Of a stretch of 64,000 nucleotides of DNA, positions 1 to 14,189 are shown one piece after another. The first letter of the stretch is position 1. Every line of letters begins with the position of its first letter. The notes beneath the pieces are model-generated. The model did no database searches and was not told where the DNA came from. It saw only the letters and a list, made by a program, of their open reading frames with translations. Source of the stretch: Selaginella moellendorffii (Eukaryota > Plantae > Lycopodiophyta). The translations under genes and the position numbers were made by a program. Location of the stretch: NCBI RefSeq assembly GCF_000143415.4, contig NW_003314369.1:502006-566005 (forward strand), in the 5' to 3' direction.

Positions 1-3000
1 AACACAATAACGTATCTGCCAAAAGCGCAAGAGGAAAAAGAGTGAAGTTTAAGCGTGCAAGCTAGTACCTAGCAAGAGCTTTTCCGAAGTCCTTGACAGT
101 CTCAGTTTTCCCTGTTCCTGCAGGACCTAAAGGATTTCCTCCTCGCCGGGTAAACAATGCCGCACCAAGGGTGATGTAGCATCGATCAGTCAAGGGTGTA
201 ATAACAAGTCGACCGTTGTTGCCTTGATACTCGTAACCATAAGAGAACACGGATAACACCTACAGTGGCCGTTGTTAGAAATAGAGGCGAAGGTTTGCGA
301 AGAATTAACAACAGAACAGAGCTAGTACCTGTCTGATTGCACAGTCATCGTTCTCCCAGTAGAACCGTAGCTGAGACGCCCATTCGAAATCGTTTGGCGA
401 CGAGCAGCCAACTTTCATAAGCTTCTCAATGACATCTCGCGCATGCACTTCGATAGTAATCAGAGATGTCTGCACGGGAAGAAAACCAAGAAACAATTTA
501 GAGAACTCGATCAACTTCTTCAATGAATATACTTACAACTTTGTTCCGGTCGATTTTTGAAAGCCGGGAGCGAGTCATGTCTGTAAGCTTGTTTAGGTAA
601 CTCAGCCACTTTTTCATTAGTTTGCGAACTGATGTTTTGTTAGTTTCCGCTCCTGCTAGTGCCTTCTCACAATCTGCTGTCCATTTTATCTGACCCGCAC
701 TGTAGTCGATAGATTAGAACTAGTTTTGCGAGTCAGGTTGGAAGTATTACGTGATAATGCATTGTCCTGCATTTTCTTTAACCCATTTGTCTTTCTTCGC
801 AAGTTTACTGTCCTCGAGCGCTTTTCGCAGATAAACTTTTACAGCCGTTGTCATGGCCGCTTCTACCTGTGAACAACACAACTTAGACTACCTTCAATAA
901 TGCCGGGTCAAAGCATCTTACTCTGTTAAGCCACTCCTCTGGCGGTGTGTTTAAAATGATAAGATCTGAGAAAGGAAGATATTCTCCATCCGGAGAAAAT
1001 ATTCCAGTCGTATCGTATTGTCGTCGTCCTTCCTCTCCTGGAGCATGCATTTCCAGCCTCTTTATTCCCTCGAAGCACTTCTTGAAATGTGGCTGTAGGT
1101 ACAGCAGAGAGTGTTGGTTTAGAAAATAAAATAAAACCAACCGTTGTATGGAAACAAACCTGAACATTGCGCGGATCTTTTGCTTGACCAAGAATCTCCA
1201 AAAGGTTATCGCTAGAAAGGAAGTAGAAGCGAGGGAATTGCTGCCGCTTCTGTTCTAGATAGTCCTCCAGTGACTTCTGGATCTTTTCCAGCTTGGCCTC
1301 CATGTCCATCAAAGACTCGAGCAAGCCTTTTACAGTAAGTGCTTTTGTGACTAGTTTGTTGACCTGAAGAGAAAAAATTAAGAGAGAAAAACAAAAAGAG
1401 AGGAAAACATACATATAAACCCTCCAATGCAGCAATGAACACTGTGTTAACTCCATCGAACATGGCAGTCTCCGCAGGCAGTTGCTTCCGAATGTCTTCA
1501 GAACCAACAAATATATTTTCCAGGTATGCCCAGGACCGTGAAACCTGTAACGAATTGGAAGCTTCGAGATAATAATCCAAATGTTTGGCTTACCTGCACC
1601 ACCATCTCTATGGTTTCTGAGACAAGACTAAGAGTGCGCTCCCACTGGTTGATATCTTTCGCGAAGAACAAATGTGCCCGATTTCCCTTCATTGAAGACA
1701 AAGACACTCTATGCTCTTCTAAAACAGCAAAAACATCTTCAGTGCTTTTGAGCTTGTAAATCTGCATAAAACCAAGCGCTTTCACACAAAAAACACAGTA
1801 AAATCATGTTTACCCTCGGAGCATCGCGATAGATTCCCATATCTAGCTCCATTGTCTCCCACACTTCTTTGATTTTTATAATGGATTCCTCTATTGCAAG
1901 CTCTTTGCTCGCCATGCTACTTAAGTCGCATATTGCTTCTCCATGTAAATCAAGACGCAACTCAGCAACCTACGAAAGACAAATACAGGAAATTAGAAGA
2001 AATTTCATGAAGAAAGTATATCTCACACCTTAGCAAGCGTGAAGGTGCTAGAATATGGATCAAATCTTTGGCCAACAGTTTCCATCAACTGCTCCCAATG
2101 TCGCAACCTCATTGCAGGATTTCTCAAGTCGACTGTAAGGGGGAGAGTTGATTTAAAAGCATCAATCGTTTCCTTGAGGTCTTGCCACACCGGCCATCTG
2201 TTACACATTAGAGCTGAAGGTAATCTTCAAAAGCATAATCGCTTACCCTTTGGTGTCGCGTCCAATCTTGAAGACACGCTTGCTAAAGATTGACGCAGAG
2301 GACTCCATGGAGGCAGCATCAAGCTCACTGAAAAGACAATCCTTCCAACTGTCGAAGGCTTCCTGCCATTCCCGTTTGAGGAACCACATTCCCTTCAGTA
2401 GCTCCAATTCTTTAAGTGTAGCAGCATTATCTTTATTCGACAGTTTCTCCATTCCAAAAATGCTCATGCCTGCCCAAAGACTCTGCGATCGTTGCTGAAA
2501 AACTTCAACCTGCGAAGAGAAAGAGAGAGAGAGAGAAAAAAAATTAAGGTTCATGAGGCAGACGGTGTTTCAAAAAATACCTTAGCAGCCTCTTCTTCAA
2601 TGAATTTTACTGCATCGGGAATAGATGTCGCCGTAGTAGTAGGATAACGATCGACAAAAGACACTCTGGTCTCCGAAACCTACAAAATTGCACCATTAAA
2701 TTGTGTCTCAAGTCCAGTTTCGTAAGGCACCTCTTTAACGAAGGTCTCCACCATCTTGCAAATAGTTTCATAGAAACCAGCCTTATACTGCTCTAGTACT
2801 CCTTCCAATTCTTGAAGCATAGTTTGAAATGCTTCCCATTCCACTGGTAAATTTTCTAGGAGCAGTTTTTCATCATCGGGTATCATAACCTGAAAAGTTT
2901 AGCTATCAATTACAAGGCGAGGCGGTTGACAGCAGCATACCTCAAACTTGAAAAGTGTATCGTACTTCTCATCTATAGGAGTGAACTTGGCTTCCATGGC

Positions 3001-6000
3001 AGATCTTTCGTCCACCACAGCTCTCCATTCATTGACAGTTTCTGTGAGCTGATCGAGAGTCTCAGGTTTTCTTTTAAGTTGCTGCTTGTTCCTACAAAGC
3101 ACAAGCTCACTAATCTTGCGAAACAAGATATAATACTTACTTTTCCATGTACGCATAGATAGACTCCAACTCTGTTTTAGCTATCGTATTGAGCAACGTT
3201 CTGTGCACAAACGCAAAGTTTCAAAAAAAAAACAGTCCTTTCTGTGATTGCCAGTTTCCTTACGTAAATTTGGAGACCCAGGCCACGCAATGCGATATGA
3301 TCGCTTGTTTCAAAGGACCACAGTCAATACGCAAAAATCTCAAGTTCGTTATGCCTTCTTCACCCTGTTATATACTTGACATCACGTATCCAGTCAATCA
3401 GATTGTAAAAGTATACCTGCACATCTTCCTGCAGATCTCGATACTTTACAATGTCACTTTCAAAAGCAGAAAGTGGTTTCTTTGCTCGCTCGTACCTGCA
3501 TATGAGCCTTGTAAGGTTTCCATAAAGACGAGCTCAAACCTTCGTATAAACGCGTCCTTGTCTTGGTCCCAAATGCTTCTGTATTTCTTTTCCCAGTACT
3601 GAAGGTAGTGCTGAACTTTATCAGTTATTCCAATTACACCAGCGGTGATCATCATAAGGATCTCCTCTTGATCGGGACCGATGACCTGAAGAACACATTC
3701 TGTTAAGCTCAGAGAAATTAATGAAGAGACAAGGAACCTCATAAAAGCTAGGAAGCGCTTCTTGAAAGCTGGCTTGTTTCCTCAAACGAGGAACTACGGA
3801 AATGACAGTGACAAGTTCTCTAGCAACGATTTGTATCATCTCCAAAAGTTCCTGCAATTTCCATAGGCAACCGTCAATCTTCCAGTGACAAAGCCTAGTC
3901 TTAGCAGACGAACCTGCACCGATGGCATAAGCTTAACGCGCCCTGTTCCTTTATCCAGTACTCCAATGGCATTAAACATTGGCGTAGAGGACTTCGTATC
4001 AGCGTTCAGAGCGTTGGATAGTTCATTCAAGGATTTTGTCACACAATTTCTTAGTGAATTTTCCATGAAGACTTCCACCTGGTATTGTAAAACTGCAAAA
4101 CTGAATGCATCATTAAAAATAGAAGAGGTACCTTCTTGTTATAATCTTCCCACTTATTATGTACTTCAACCATATCGCTTGCACATTTCTTGTTAGAGAG
4201 AGCAATCGTATCTTTGATGCTGAGGTAAGCCTTCTCAAAACGGCCTCGCATGATACCGCGGTGCTCAACTTGCTTGGATGAAAACTCTGCCAAGTCATAT
4301 ATTCGTTTCTTGTCGATGCTGATTAACCACGAGTCACTGATCGAATTACAAATCTGATTGATCTTTCTCTTCGCCGCTCGAAAGAGCGCTGTTGATGCAA
4401 AGAGGACATGATTTTTAAAGCGAACCTCTTGTAGAAAATGCTCGAGCTCGTGTGCAGAAGAAGTCCACGTAAGCTAAAGAAAAAAATAAACATCAGATCG
4501 CACTCGAAGAATGAATGCAACTATACCCTATCCAAGGCTGGACTGATGCTGTTTCTAAGCCGAACAACGTGCTCAGCTATTAGTCCTCCTTCTTCAGTAT
4601 CCAAATTATCAATCATCTGCATGAAGAAGTTGCAATACGAGAAATTTCGAACCGCAACCGAACCTTATTACAGTCACGGATCACTATGAGAACATTAGCT
4701 CGAAGAACGCAAAGATCTTTATTATCTTCAATGAAGCTTGTAGCTACTTCCGGGACATCCCAGCCAAGGGATTTCCAGTAATGAACCTGCTTGCAGCAAG
4801 TTAACATGCCTCATAAGCAAATGGCCTTTGAAACTAACCTCCTGGTAGATAGCAAGCAGTTGAGGATCGAACTTTAGAACGTAAAATCCATCGCCACCAT
4901 CCTCCAGCAAGCTTCTTTCAAGCCTTTTTGGAAGAAGAGGATCAACACTGGCTGTCCATTCAGCATGCTGGTTCTGTACAAACTGCACGAGAAAAAAACA
5001 GGAACAACAACATCAATTTTCGAAAAGGATTTCTTCGGTCGCATAGTACCTGTTCGATCGAAGCCATTATTTGAGAAAATTGCGTGTGAATGTCAGCAGC
5101 ATCTGGAGTTTCGAGCAAATACGGCGCCGCATTGGTTAAAAGCATCATAGGCTTCTTAAGTCGACGTTGAAACTGCAAAGCCCAAGTAGCTCCACCGGCA
5201 AATCGCGGCAAAGCATAGTCCATCAAAGGACGTCTACGAAGTTGATCGAACTGCTTCTTCATAATCATTAACTCCATACTAAATGCTTGACATACCTGTA
5301 CTTTCAGATTAGTTTTTGCCTTGCAAATGGAAAACCTCCAAATTACCTGAGATCCCATTCTGTCAACGCACTTGCATATAGATTCCCTACACGCCAGTAA
5401 CTTAAATGCCTCCAGCAACTCTATGCTTTCCGGCAATGAAGACGAATGACGAAACGCGAGGGACATAATATTTTGCATCAGTACCTGTATAGAACACAAA
5501 GAAGGTAAACTCAGGTTTGAACTTGCATGGCTTACCTCAAGATCTTGAATCCCACTTTTAAACTTTGCAAAATCGTCGTGCCACCGTGTCACTCTCACGT
5601 CGAGCAAGTTATACGAAAGCGAGCGCAACCCCGAGACAAGTTTTTGAAATGTGTCCTGAAGCTCGAACATCGACTTGGTAATCTCTAAACCTCTTGTTCC
5701 TCCAAAGACTGGCAACTTCATTCGCGTTGAAAACTGTCTTTGCGCATCACAAACCTGCCACGGCCGAAGTTGGTTGAAACATAGTTGCAGACGTGCCATA
5801 CCTCCAGCATATCCCGACACCGTTGCAGGAACGCTTCGACTGCAGCGAAAACACTTCGATCGACAAGCTCGTTGTCGTCCTTGAATTCACCATCGTGTGC
5901 CGCTGCAGCCCTCATCATGGCTACGTACATGTGCTTCCACGATTCACAGGCTTGGACGCTCTCAAGAAGAGCCTTTTTGCACTTATCCACGTCCCCATCA

Positions 6001-7339
6001 AAAATCTCTGACAGAGGGATGCCCGCAGAACACCTGCTTATTATCTCGTTACTAACCTGCAGAAGAACGTCCAGTAAGCCGCACAGTACAAAACAGTTCG
6101 TCTAAGTACCTTGGCGAAGAGACCACTAATTTTCTCATCTGTGTTATAGAACGGACTGATCTTCCAGATCATCCGGATGCACTTCAGCAACTTCGGCAGA
6201 GCAAATGGAATGTCGACAATTTTTGCTGCTCCCAGTTCCTTGCAAGGATCCTCTATCGTCACTAGGAATTTCAAGTTCTCTTCTGCAACAACAGCTTCTT
6301 GCTCGATCTTTCTAGATAAACTAGAAAACGGAGAAAGGTACGCAGATTTGAGTTTCTCAAGAATTTTCAAAATCGCAGCTACACCCTGCATTTACCCAAG
6401 TCTGAGTATCAGAGTGACGCAACATATACATTACCGATTTAAGGAAATGCCTTCCAAGGAAGGATCAAGAATATTTACTGAATGATTTATTTGCTCCCGA
6501 ATCCCACTTAAGTCGATACTACGCCGTCTCCAAAACTCCACTTCTGCTAAAGGTCCGGATATCTCCACTTCGGAGAACCGCTCCTGATTCCTAATAACCT
6601 GGAAACCTTAAAAGAACAGTCAGTCTCATTCCATACAGATTTACCTCTTTAATCTGTCGAGTCCATCGAATCACAATGGACTCCAGTCGCTGAGCCAATT
6701 CTTTGTCAGGAGCTTGATTCCCGACGAAGTCCATCAGCCGCACCGGAGGAATGTACAAAATCGTCTGACCCTTTGCCTCGAACAAAGACTCTGTCAAAGT
6801 AGCCATGAACTTGTCAAGCTCTCCGGCAAAGTCTTTGGTGATGTTGGCTCGCAATGTGTCATCTTCCAGCATAAGTGGAAGATACATGTCCTGCAAAGAA
6901 AAACAAAACCAGAACTTTGTGCTATCGATCTGACAAACACATTCTCACCTGCATCAAGCGAAGCATTGCATCGCCCGGGCTTCCATTGATCACCTGGCAC
7001 TGGACGAGCTTCTGGATGCTACGCGCTTTAAAAGGTTGCGTTGTGTCACGCATAAACACAAGAACCTATCAAAGAGGACAAGGAGAAAAACTCCCCACTC
7101 ACTCTAGAATCGATCGAAATATTTCCAGAGCTTACCTCGTTCCATCTGGAAGGCAGCGTCGGCGTGCAATGAAGCTGCCCTGACGAATCCAGGTAGCAAA
7201 AGAGCCTGGAATTCTCATTCTGGTGAAGAAATCCCGAGACGATCTTCGCGTGCTCGTCGTTCCAAGCCGCCTCCGCGCCGATGAGCCGCATTTTCCTGCG
7301 CATCCACCCTACCTCCTCCTCCTCCTTCTTCCCTTCCAT
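1..7339 (-). CDS. Axonemal dynein heavy chain, inner-arm I1-beta/DNAH2-like; multi-exon, 5' part only (runs off the left edge within AAA1)
   Basis: ATG at 7339 (MEGKKEEEE). Stem motifs: [102 protein letters not shown]1: [22 protein letters not shown] and P-loop [24 protein letters not shown]. Many ~50-nt GT-AG introns. Confidence 0.95.
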
Positions 7340-7509
7340 GGCGGACGCGGCGCGAGAGCCCGAGCTCGGGCGCTTTCATCAGAAAAACCCAGCCCTAGTT
7401 AAAATTCCGTTGAGGAAGCCAAAGAATATCCTTCATTGCGCAATGAGCATATGCCCCTCCTTTCAAACAAAGGAAGCTATCAACAAACATACAAGTTACA
7501 AATGGAACG

Positions 7510-10277
7510 CTATGAGTCTCTCGTCGCGGCGATTAGCATCTCCTTGAGTCTCACAGTGAGCTCCTCGAAACTTGGGCGTTCTTCCCAAGCACTGCAGAAA
7601 CATATACTCTGTGTAAGAACTCGTTCACTCACGAAGAAATGAAGAACTCGGGAAGAATCCATTCATTCATTCACTCGGAAGAATTCATTCACTCCCGAGG
7701 AAAGGAAGAACTCATTCACTCGCGAAGAAAGGAAGAACTTTGTACCTTTTCCAACAGTCTTGTATCGTGGCTGCGTATTTTGGATCCAAGCTCTCGGGCA
7801 GTGGCATCCTTTTGTCTTTAAATCCCACCACCGCTATCACCTAGAGCAACAACACAAGAATGTGAAGCTTTGATCAAGGATCGAGGAGAAGACAATACTA
7901 ACCTGTAAAGGATCCAAGTCTTTCCAAGGGACTTCTTCCGTAGCCAGCTCCCATAGTATCACCCCGAAACTGTACACGTCCGACCTGAAATAAAACGGAG
8001 CAAAACGAGAAAAGAACAGATTAGCAACACACACAGAGCCGATTTCGCAGCTCTCACATGCATACTTTTCACTCGAAGCCTCGCTCCGGAGAACCTCAGG
8101 GGGCATCCACTGCGACTGAAGACATCAAAGTGGCTTGTCAGGAATCAAATCAACCAAAGGAAAGATTTACCGTTCCCATCCGTGCGTTCCCCGTCAAGAA
8201 GTTGGAGTGCTTCAATCGCGAAAGGCTGAAATCTCCAACCTGATACATTTCCCAGTTTTAGCAGCGCTTAAAGCCTCTCCTCAGAGAGTTACCTTGACTT
8301 TGAGATTTTTATCAACCAGTAAGTTTGTAGACTTGAGATCGCGATGAACTATAGGTGGTGTGCAGTTGTGAAGGTAAGTCATCCCGCGAGCCTGTAAAAT
8401 GGAGCTAAAATCTCGACAAAAGAGCAAACTATGGCAATACCAACCACGTCCAAAGCCATGCTCAGCTTTCGCTTCCAATCCAAACCCGTTGGCCTTCTGT
8501 GAAGCAACTTAAACAAACTGCCCCTGAAGAAGAAAAAAAAGCCATTGTGAGATTCTAAAGTAACAAATTTGTACCTGGGCATAAGCTCGGTTACGATGTA
8601 AAGCCGATCCTGAGTCGAGGCAGCACCGAGGAAAAGAACAATATTGGGATGTCTTAACTTTTTCATGATTGAAACCTATACTAAGCATATTAGTCTCCAG
8701 GCACTCGTAGAAATGGCGTGCTCTACCTCTTTCCGAAAGTCCTCCATGCCACTCTCGTTGTACTGAAGTTCGTGAAAGACCTTCACTGCCACGTCCTACA
8801 CATACATTGTTAAGACTATAACAAAAAACTTTGAACGTACCAGTCCACACCAAGTCCCACGGTGAACTGTTGCACAGCTTCCTGGGAGATAGAGAAAACT
8901 TACAATCAGAGAAAGAGAGGAAAACACTAACGTACCTTGACCAATTTGATCGTGCAAGCTGAGCGATTCCCAAGTGATCTCATACTCTGGACTTTCTAGA
9001 TCATCCCAGACGTGCCTGCTTGAACTACTGCTAGCCGTGCCTGTGCTACTCATACTACTATTGACATCCATGCTAACGATCGGTTGATTTGATGCGGGAG
9101 CCTCCGGATGTTCATGCTCGTCCTTCCGCAAAACAGCCGCCGCAGATGCCAACTCTGCCTCTGTATTAGACCAAGGCCACAGCCGACCCGTCCACGACCC
9201 CGATCTCGATCTTAAACCAGCGAAGACTCTGCTAGCCTGTGTCAAATCCTCACCACTGCTGCTTCCTCCAGCAGCAGCAGGATTTACCTCCATAGCGTTC
9301 CCTCGCAGGTGCGTTAGAATCTTGGTTGCCTGCACGGACAAAACACCAAGCGATAAAACACAAAGAAAACAAAACCTTGACTTTTACCAGGCTTGAAAAT
9401 GTCGCGGCAAAGGGTATTTGCCACGAATCAGCTTGCGCGAAGTCCCTGCTCTTCATAAACGGCCGTGCATCGCTCGACACACAAATCACCCCGACGAGCT
9501 TCCCGTCGTTGTCGTAAAACGGCGTGTTTGTCATCATGGCAGGAAATATCTCGCCGGATTTTTTTTTGAGTGAGAACTGGCCGACCCACGACTCACCGAC
9601 ATAGAGTCGTGACAAGATCTTGGTGGCGCTCTCCACGGCGCTCTTGTCGATCAGAAGCTCAATGAGATCGCGACCGATGGCCTCGGCGGCGGACCAGCCA
9701 TATAAGCGCTCGGCCATGCGGTTCCTACGCAAAAAAAAAATTCCATTACCACCGAGCAAAGAAGAAAAAAACTACGCTAGAGAAAAGAAACATGGAAAAG
9801 AAACCAAGGAAAGGAACCCGCAACAAAGAAAAGAAAAAACCAGCAGGAAAACAAACCAAAGAAGAAAGAAAAACGAGAGATCATGTACCAGTATGTCACC
9901 TCAGAAGAAGTCGTGAACATATAAACGGCCTGTCCCATGGACTGGAGAATGTCGTTGTAGCGATCCTCGGCCATGGAAAGCGATTTTAGATCCAGCGCAG
10001 CGCGCAAATCCTTGTCCGAGAGCTTCTCCGAGGACGTCCTTCTCGGCCCGGACGAGTTCTTTGGAGGAGGCGACATGGACATAGATCTTCTTACGTGCCC
10101 CGCTGACGCTTCCTCTTGCTGGAGCCGGAGCGCCTTGACAACTCGCTCCCTCTCCTCTAGAATTTTTTTCATCTCCCGTTCTAGCTTGGTGTGTCTCTCC
10201 TCTAGCCTTCTAATCTCCTCCTGGAGGGAAGAACTACATTGCCCCGGCTCCACCTCCTCGGCCACTGGAGCGTCCAT
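7510..10277 (-). CDS. PAS-domain Raf-like MAPKKK (B2 group), multi-exon
   Basis: ATG at 10277, then a coiled coil and a PAS domain ([29 protein letters not shown]). Kinase motifs: [54 protein letters not shown]. The last exons were read by eye: [31 protein letters not shown] / [27 protein letters not shown], with the stop at 7510-7512. Confidence 0.92.
7614..7740. repeat. Degenerate short tandem repeat (GAAGAAYTCATTCACTC-like) in the last kinase intron
   Basis: About 4-5 imperfect copies of gaagaa(c/t)tcattcactc make this intron about three times longer than its neighbours. Confidence 0.6.
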
Positions 10278-10921
10278 TTCCCCCCAAAATCCAGCCCCGA
10301 AGCTACAATCCACCAACACGAACCCTTGCCCTGGATTCCAGCCGCCAAGAACCCTCCGATCTCCTGCGTCCGGGAGCTAGCAGCAGCTTCTTACCTCTCA
10401 TCGTCGCATCCCGGCGCGCCGGATGGATCCGCCACAACCTAATCCTCTCCGCGGCGCTCACCGGATCAAGAATGCGCTCCAGACGGGCCGGGGCGGAAAT
10501 CCTTGCCGCGCTCGCCTGGAAGAGCATAGATCCATGCTCGCCGCCCCAGCGCCGACGAGGAGGCGGCGCGCTAGCCCGGATTATCGCCCCTGGAATGGAG
10601 AAATCGGTCAAGAATCCAGCCTTGAGAGATTGATTGACAGCGCGAGCGCTAAGTTCTCTTTCCTGCCAGGGAACTGTGGACCTTTACGCCAATCATGCAC
10701 ATCCCAGCCGTTGATCTCGTAGCTAGATCAGAAATAGAAATGGCGGCCTGACCGTTGGATCCCATAGATCGTAGCCGTCCGTAGCGAAACGGGTGCGTTT
10801 GGCCGGAAATAAGAATGTGCTTTTCTCTAGGGCAGATAAGAAGCTTCTAAGAAAAGCACGAGGAATATTCACAGGCATAGTTAGAAGCCCTAGTTCTTGA
10901 TGCGATGATATTGCGACGACC

Positions 10922-12791
10922 ATGAAGGCTTTGCTCCTTTCGATCGCGGCGATCTTCTTCCTCTCGCATGGAGCGGCAGCTAGAATCGGCATCGGCGACG
11001 AAGAGCGGGTAGGGAATTTCAGAGATTTCTTCGGCAGCGCAGCGGCCGATCCAGCCGATGGAGCCGAGGCAGGGATTCTCGTCACGCTCTCCGAGATGGG
11101 GATCAGCTACGTCCGCGAGGTTCTCGTCGATAGCGTGCTCCAGGATTTGACGCCGCTCAATCTGCCGAATGTGAAGCGGAGGGTGGAGTGGCCGATTGGA
11201 ATTGTGGATGTGGAGCTCAAGAACATTGTCATTGTTTATGCCAACGTATCGTCATCGAATGTAGATCTCGGGAACACAGGGATCTGGTTCAATGCTTCAG
11301 GGGTCGAGACCAAAGTCTCGCTGGATTGGAAGTACACTTACACGGCATCACTGATTCCATTTCCCATCTCTGATAGTGGCACCGCGACTGCAAAGGTAAG
11401 AAAGGTTTTTGCTTGTTTCAGAGACTTCGACTTGATGAAAAAACCATTTTTTTTCTTAAAGGTGAACGATGGAGACGCATGGTTGCAAGCTACAATGCAA
11501 CAAAAGAATGGAACACTGTCCATTCAGGTGACCGAGTGTAACACCGACTTATCGTCACTAGATTTGGAGCTGCAAGGCGGACAGTCGTGGCTCTACCAAT
11601 GGTGAGTTTATTTTTTCTTGTCGAGGAGCTAGAGGGGAAGATCATTAACAAAGCTTCTTTGTTGCTTGCCAGGTTCGTTTATGCGTTCAAAGGACAAATA
11701 CAAAAATCTGTCGAGTCTGCGCTTACGACACAGGTTCTCGCCGCTGTGAGTCGGCTAAATCGTTTGCTGCTCAGCTTGCCCAGGCAGCTCCAAGTGGACA
11801 CCACTTCAGCCGTTGATGTCACGGTTGTCGACGATCCAATTCTCAACCAAAACTATATCAGCGTCGGGGTGATGGGGGAGTTTGTAGATATCGCTTCCCC
11901 CAGCGAAAGAAAGCACCCTCCAAAGAAGCTGCCAGCCGGATTATTATGCATTGATTCAGATGTGAAGATGATCACTGTGGCTCTTGGAGACTACGTTATT
12001 ACCTCCGCGTCGGACGTGTACTATAAAGTAAGTCTGCAACGCTTTTGTTTTGTTTTCTATTTTTCGTTAGTGCTCAATGGCTTTCACAGGCAGGACGATT
12101 AGAGAGGGTCGTGGATAGACTTCCACAGCAGTCCCTCCTCAATACTGCAAGTTGGAGATTTCTGATTCCGCAGCTGTATCGCAAGTTCCCAAACGATGAT
12201 ATGTTACTCAACCTTTCTGCTGCTTCTGCCCCCCGGGTTTCTTTTTCAAGGGATGGGATTCGTGCGACCACTACGGCTGACATGACAATAGAGGTGGTGG
12301 ACAACAACGAGATTATTCCAGTAGCTTGCATAAGTCTGGTACGATCATACAGAATTCTTCCACTTTGCTTTTTCTTTGCTTATTCTTGTACTTCACTTTA
12401 GGAAGTTACGCTACATGCTTTGGCCGAGATTGTTGGCACTAACATCACTGGCGAGGCCTCACTTTTGGACTTGAGCCTGGACCTCAAGTGGAGTACTATA
12501 GGCACTTTTCCAGTAAAGTTCGTCGAGGTAAGCGCCTACTGTTTCTTTCACATTATCTACCTAAAACGTTTGTTGCAACAGGTAGCGACGAGAACCATCC
12601 TCAAAGACGTGATTCTACCACTGGTGAACTACAATCTCAAGAAAGGTTTCCCGCTGCCCGTCATTCCAGCGATCGAGTTCCAAGAAGCAACCATTAGATA
12701 CGAAGACGATTTCCTGCTAATCTGTACAGACATCCGCTACACAGGCCTTCCGCTCCCTCCTCCCGTCGCTCCTTCGTGGTCCACCATCTAA
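10922..12791 (+). CDS. BPI/LBP family lipid-binding protein (plant LBR-like), secreted, multi-exon
   Basis: Signal peptide MKALLLSIAAIFFLSHGAAA. N-domain: GILVTLSEMGISYVREVL and LELQGGQSWLYQW. C-domain: LLNTASWRFLIPQLYRKFPNDDM, NLKKGFPLP and DDFLLICTDI. Stop TAA at 12789-12791. Confidence 0.9.
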
Positions 12792-14189
12792 AGAGGTACA
12801 TATCGGTCAAATGCAACTCCTTTTCTTCTCGAAAGCCATCACGTTGCTCTTTTTTTCTTTTTTTTTTGTCTTTTTTCTCATATTGTTTTTCTTTCGCAGA
12901 TAAAATCTGTAGCATATTCCCCGCGGTTTACGAAAAAGCGGGGCGTCTGTTTCCATCCCTGTCTGTCAAGCGAGACAAAAATGTTGAAATGGAGCCTCTG
13001 ACAGATTGCTCAGCCGCGGTACGTCGACATTCTCGGCGTATATAACTTGTGGTGTGTACAGGATCATAGGAGAGAAATAAGTGAGCGTTGGGACAGTCCA
13101 TTTCTCCATTCGTCGCGGTGAGTACCTTTCATAGTTTTTGGTTGCGGTGGCTCCACAAGTTTTTGTGAAGAAGAGACAAGCGAGCCGTGCTACTTGTCCT
13201 CAAACTCGAGATCAAGCCGAGCTCTTTAGACAAAAAAAAATTGGCGAGAAGAGCTTGATTACATGCGACAGGACTTAAGAACAAGCAGCACACGCATTTA
13301 CGTTTGTGCCCACTCTAAAACTGGTATCGGTTGGTTGTTTTGGCCAGATTTTTTTGCGCGTCGGCTGCTTGCAATCGCCCTCCAAACCCATTGGAGTTTC
13401 TTTCACTCTAAAAATTTGAGAAAGCTGCCAGTCACCCACTGGGATGTTCTGTCATTACTATATTTTCCTCATACGAATCATAGTTTCCTATATTGTCAAT
13501 ATCAATCGCTAGCGATCTAGGCTATAATATTGAGCTTTCAAAACAGGCTGTATGGAACAATCGCGGATTAACTCACGAGACAAGGCTGTGGAGAATCACA
13601 ACATGGGAGTATCTTTGCGGGCCTGCTGCTGGAAGAACAGTTTTTTCTATGGACTTATTCCCAGTCCATAAAATCTAAGTTTCCAGTCGGGGGAGCTGCG
13701 TGGTGCACAAACGCCCACGACGCCACATCGCTTTCTCTTCTGGGTGCTATGACTGTGTCCTTTAGAAAAATGGCCCTTCGCTAAGTTGGCCGATCAAGAA
13801 TCTTTGGAACAAAGAGAAAAAAGTATTTTTTTGCTAGTTTTCCTTTTGACAGGCAGGCTGATCAAACAAAGAAAAGAAAAAACCCTTCCATGGTTTTGCT
13901 GGTTTTCCTTTTGACAGGTAAAATCTCGCGGAAGAAGCCTTTCAAAGGCTGCCACTCTTTGGTCTGCTTGGTTTGCTCGCTTTAAACTTATCCCTGGGAG
14001 CCAGGGCTCTCCTTTGGACGCTACTCCTTGTCCACGAACAAGGAATGGACGGCGATGATAGATAGATGCATAGACATTGCGAAAAATTTGATCTCACGCG
14101 CCCACAATTCCTCGAGAAATCCGCGTTATTGTCCCTTCATGACATGGATAGCTACAAAGAAAATGCACAGAAGAAACAAACCTTGGGTA

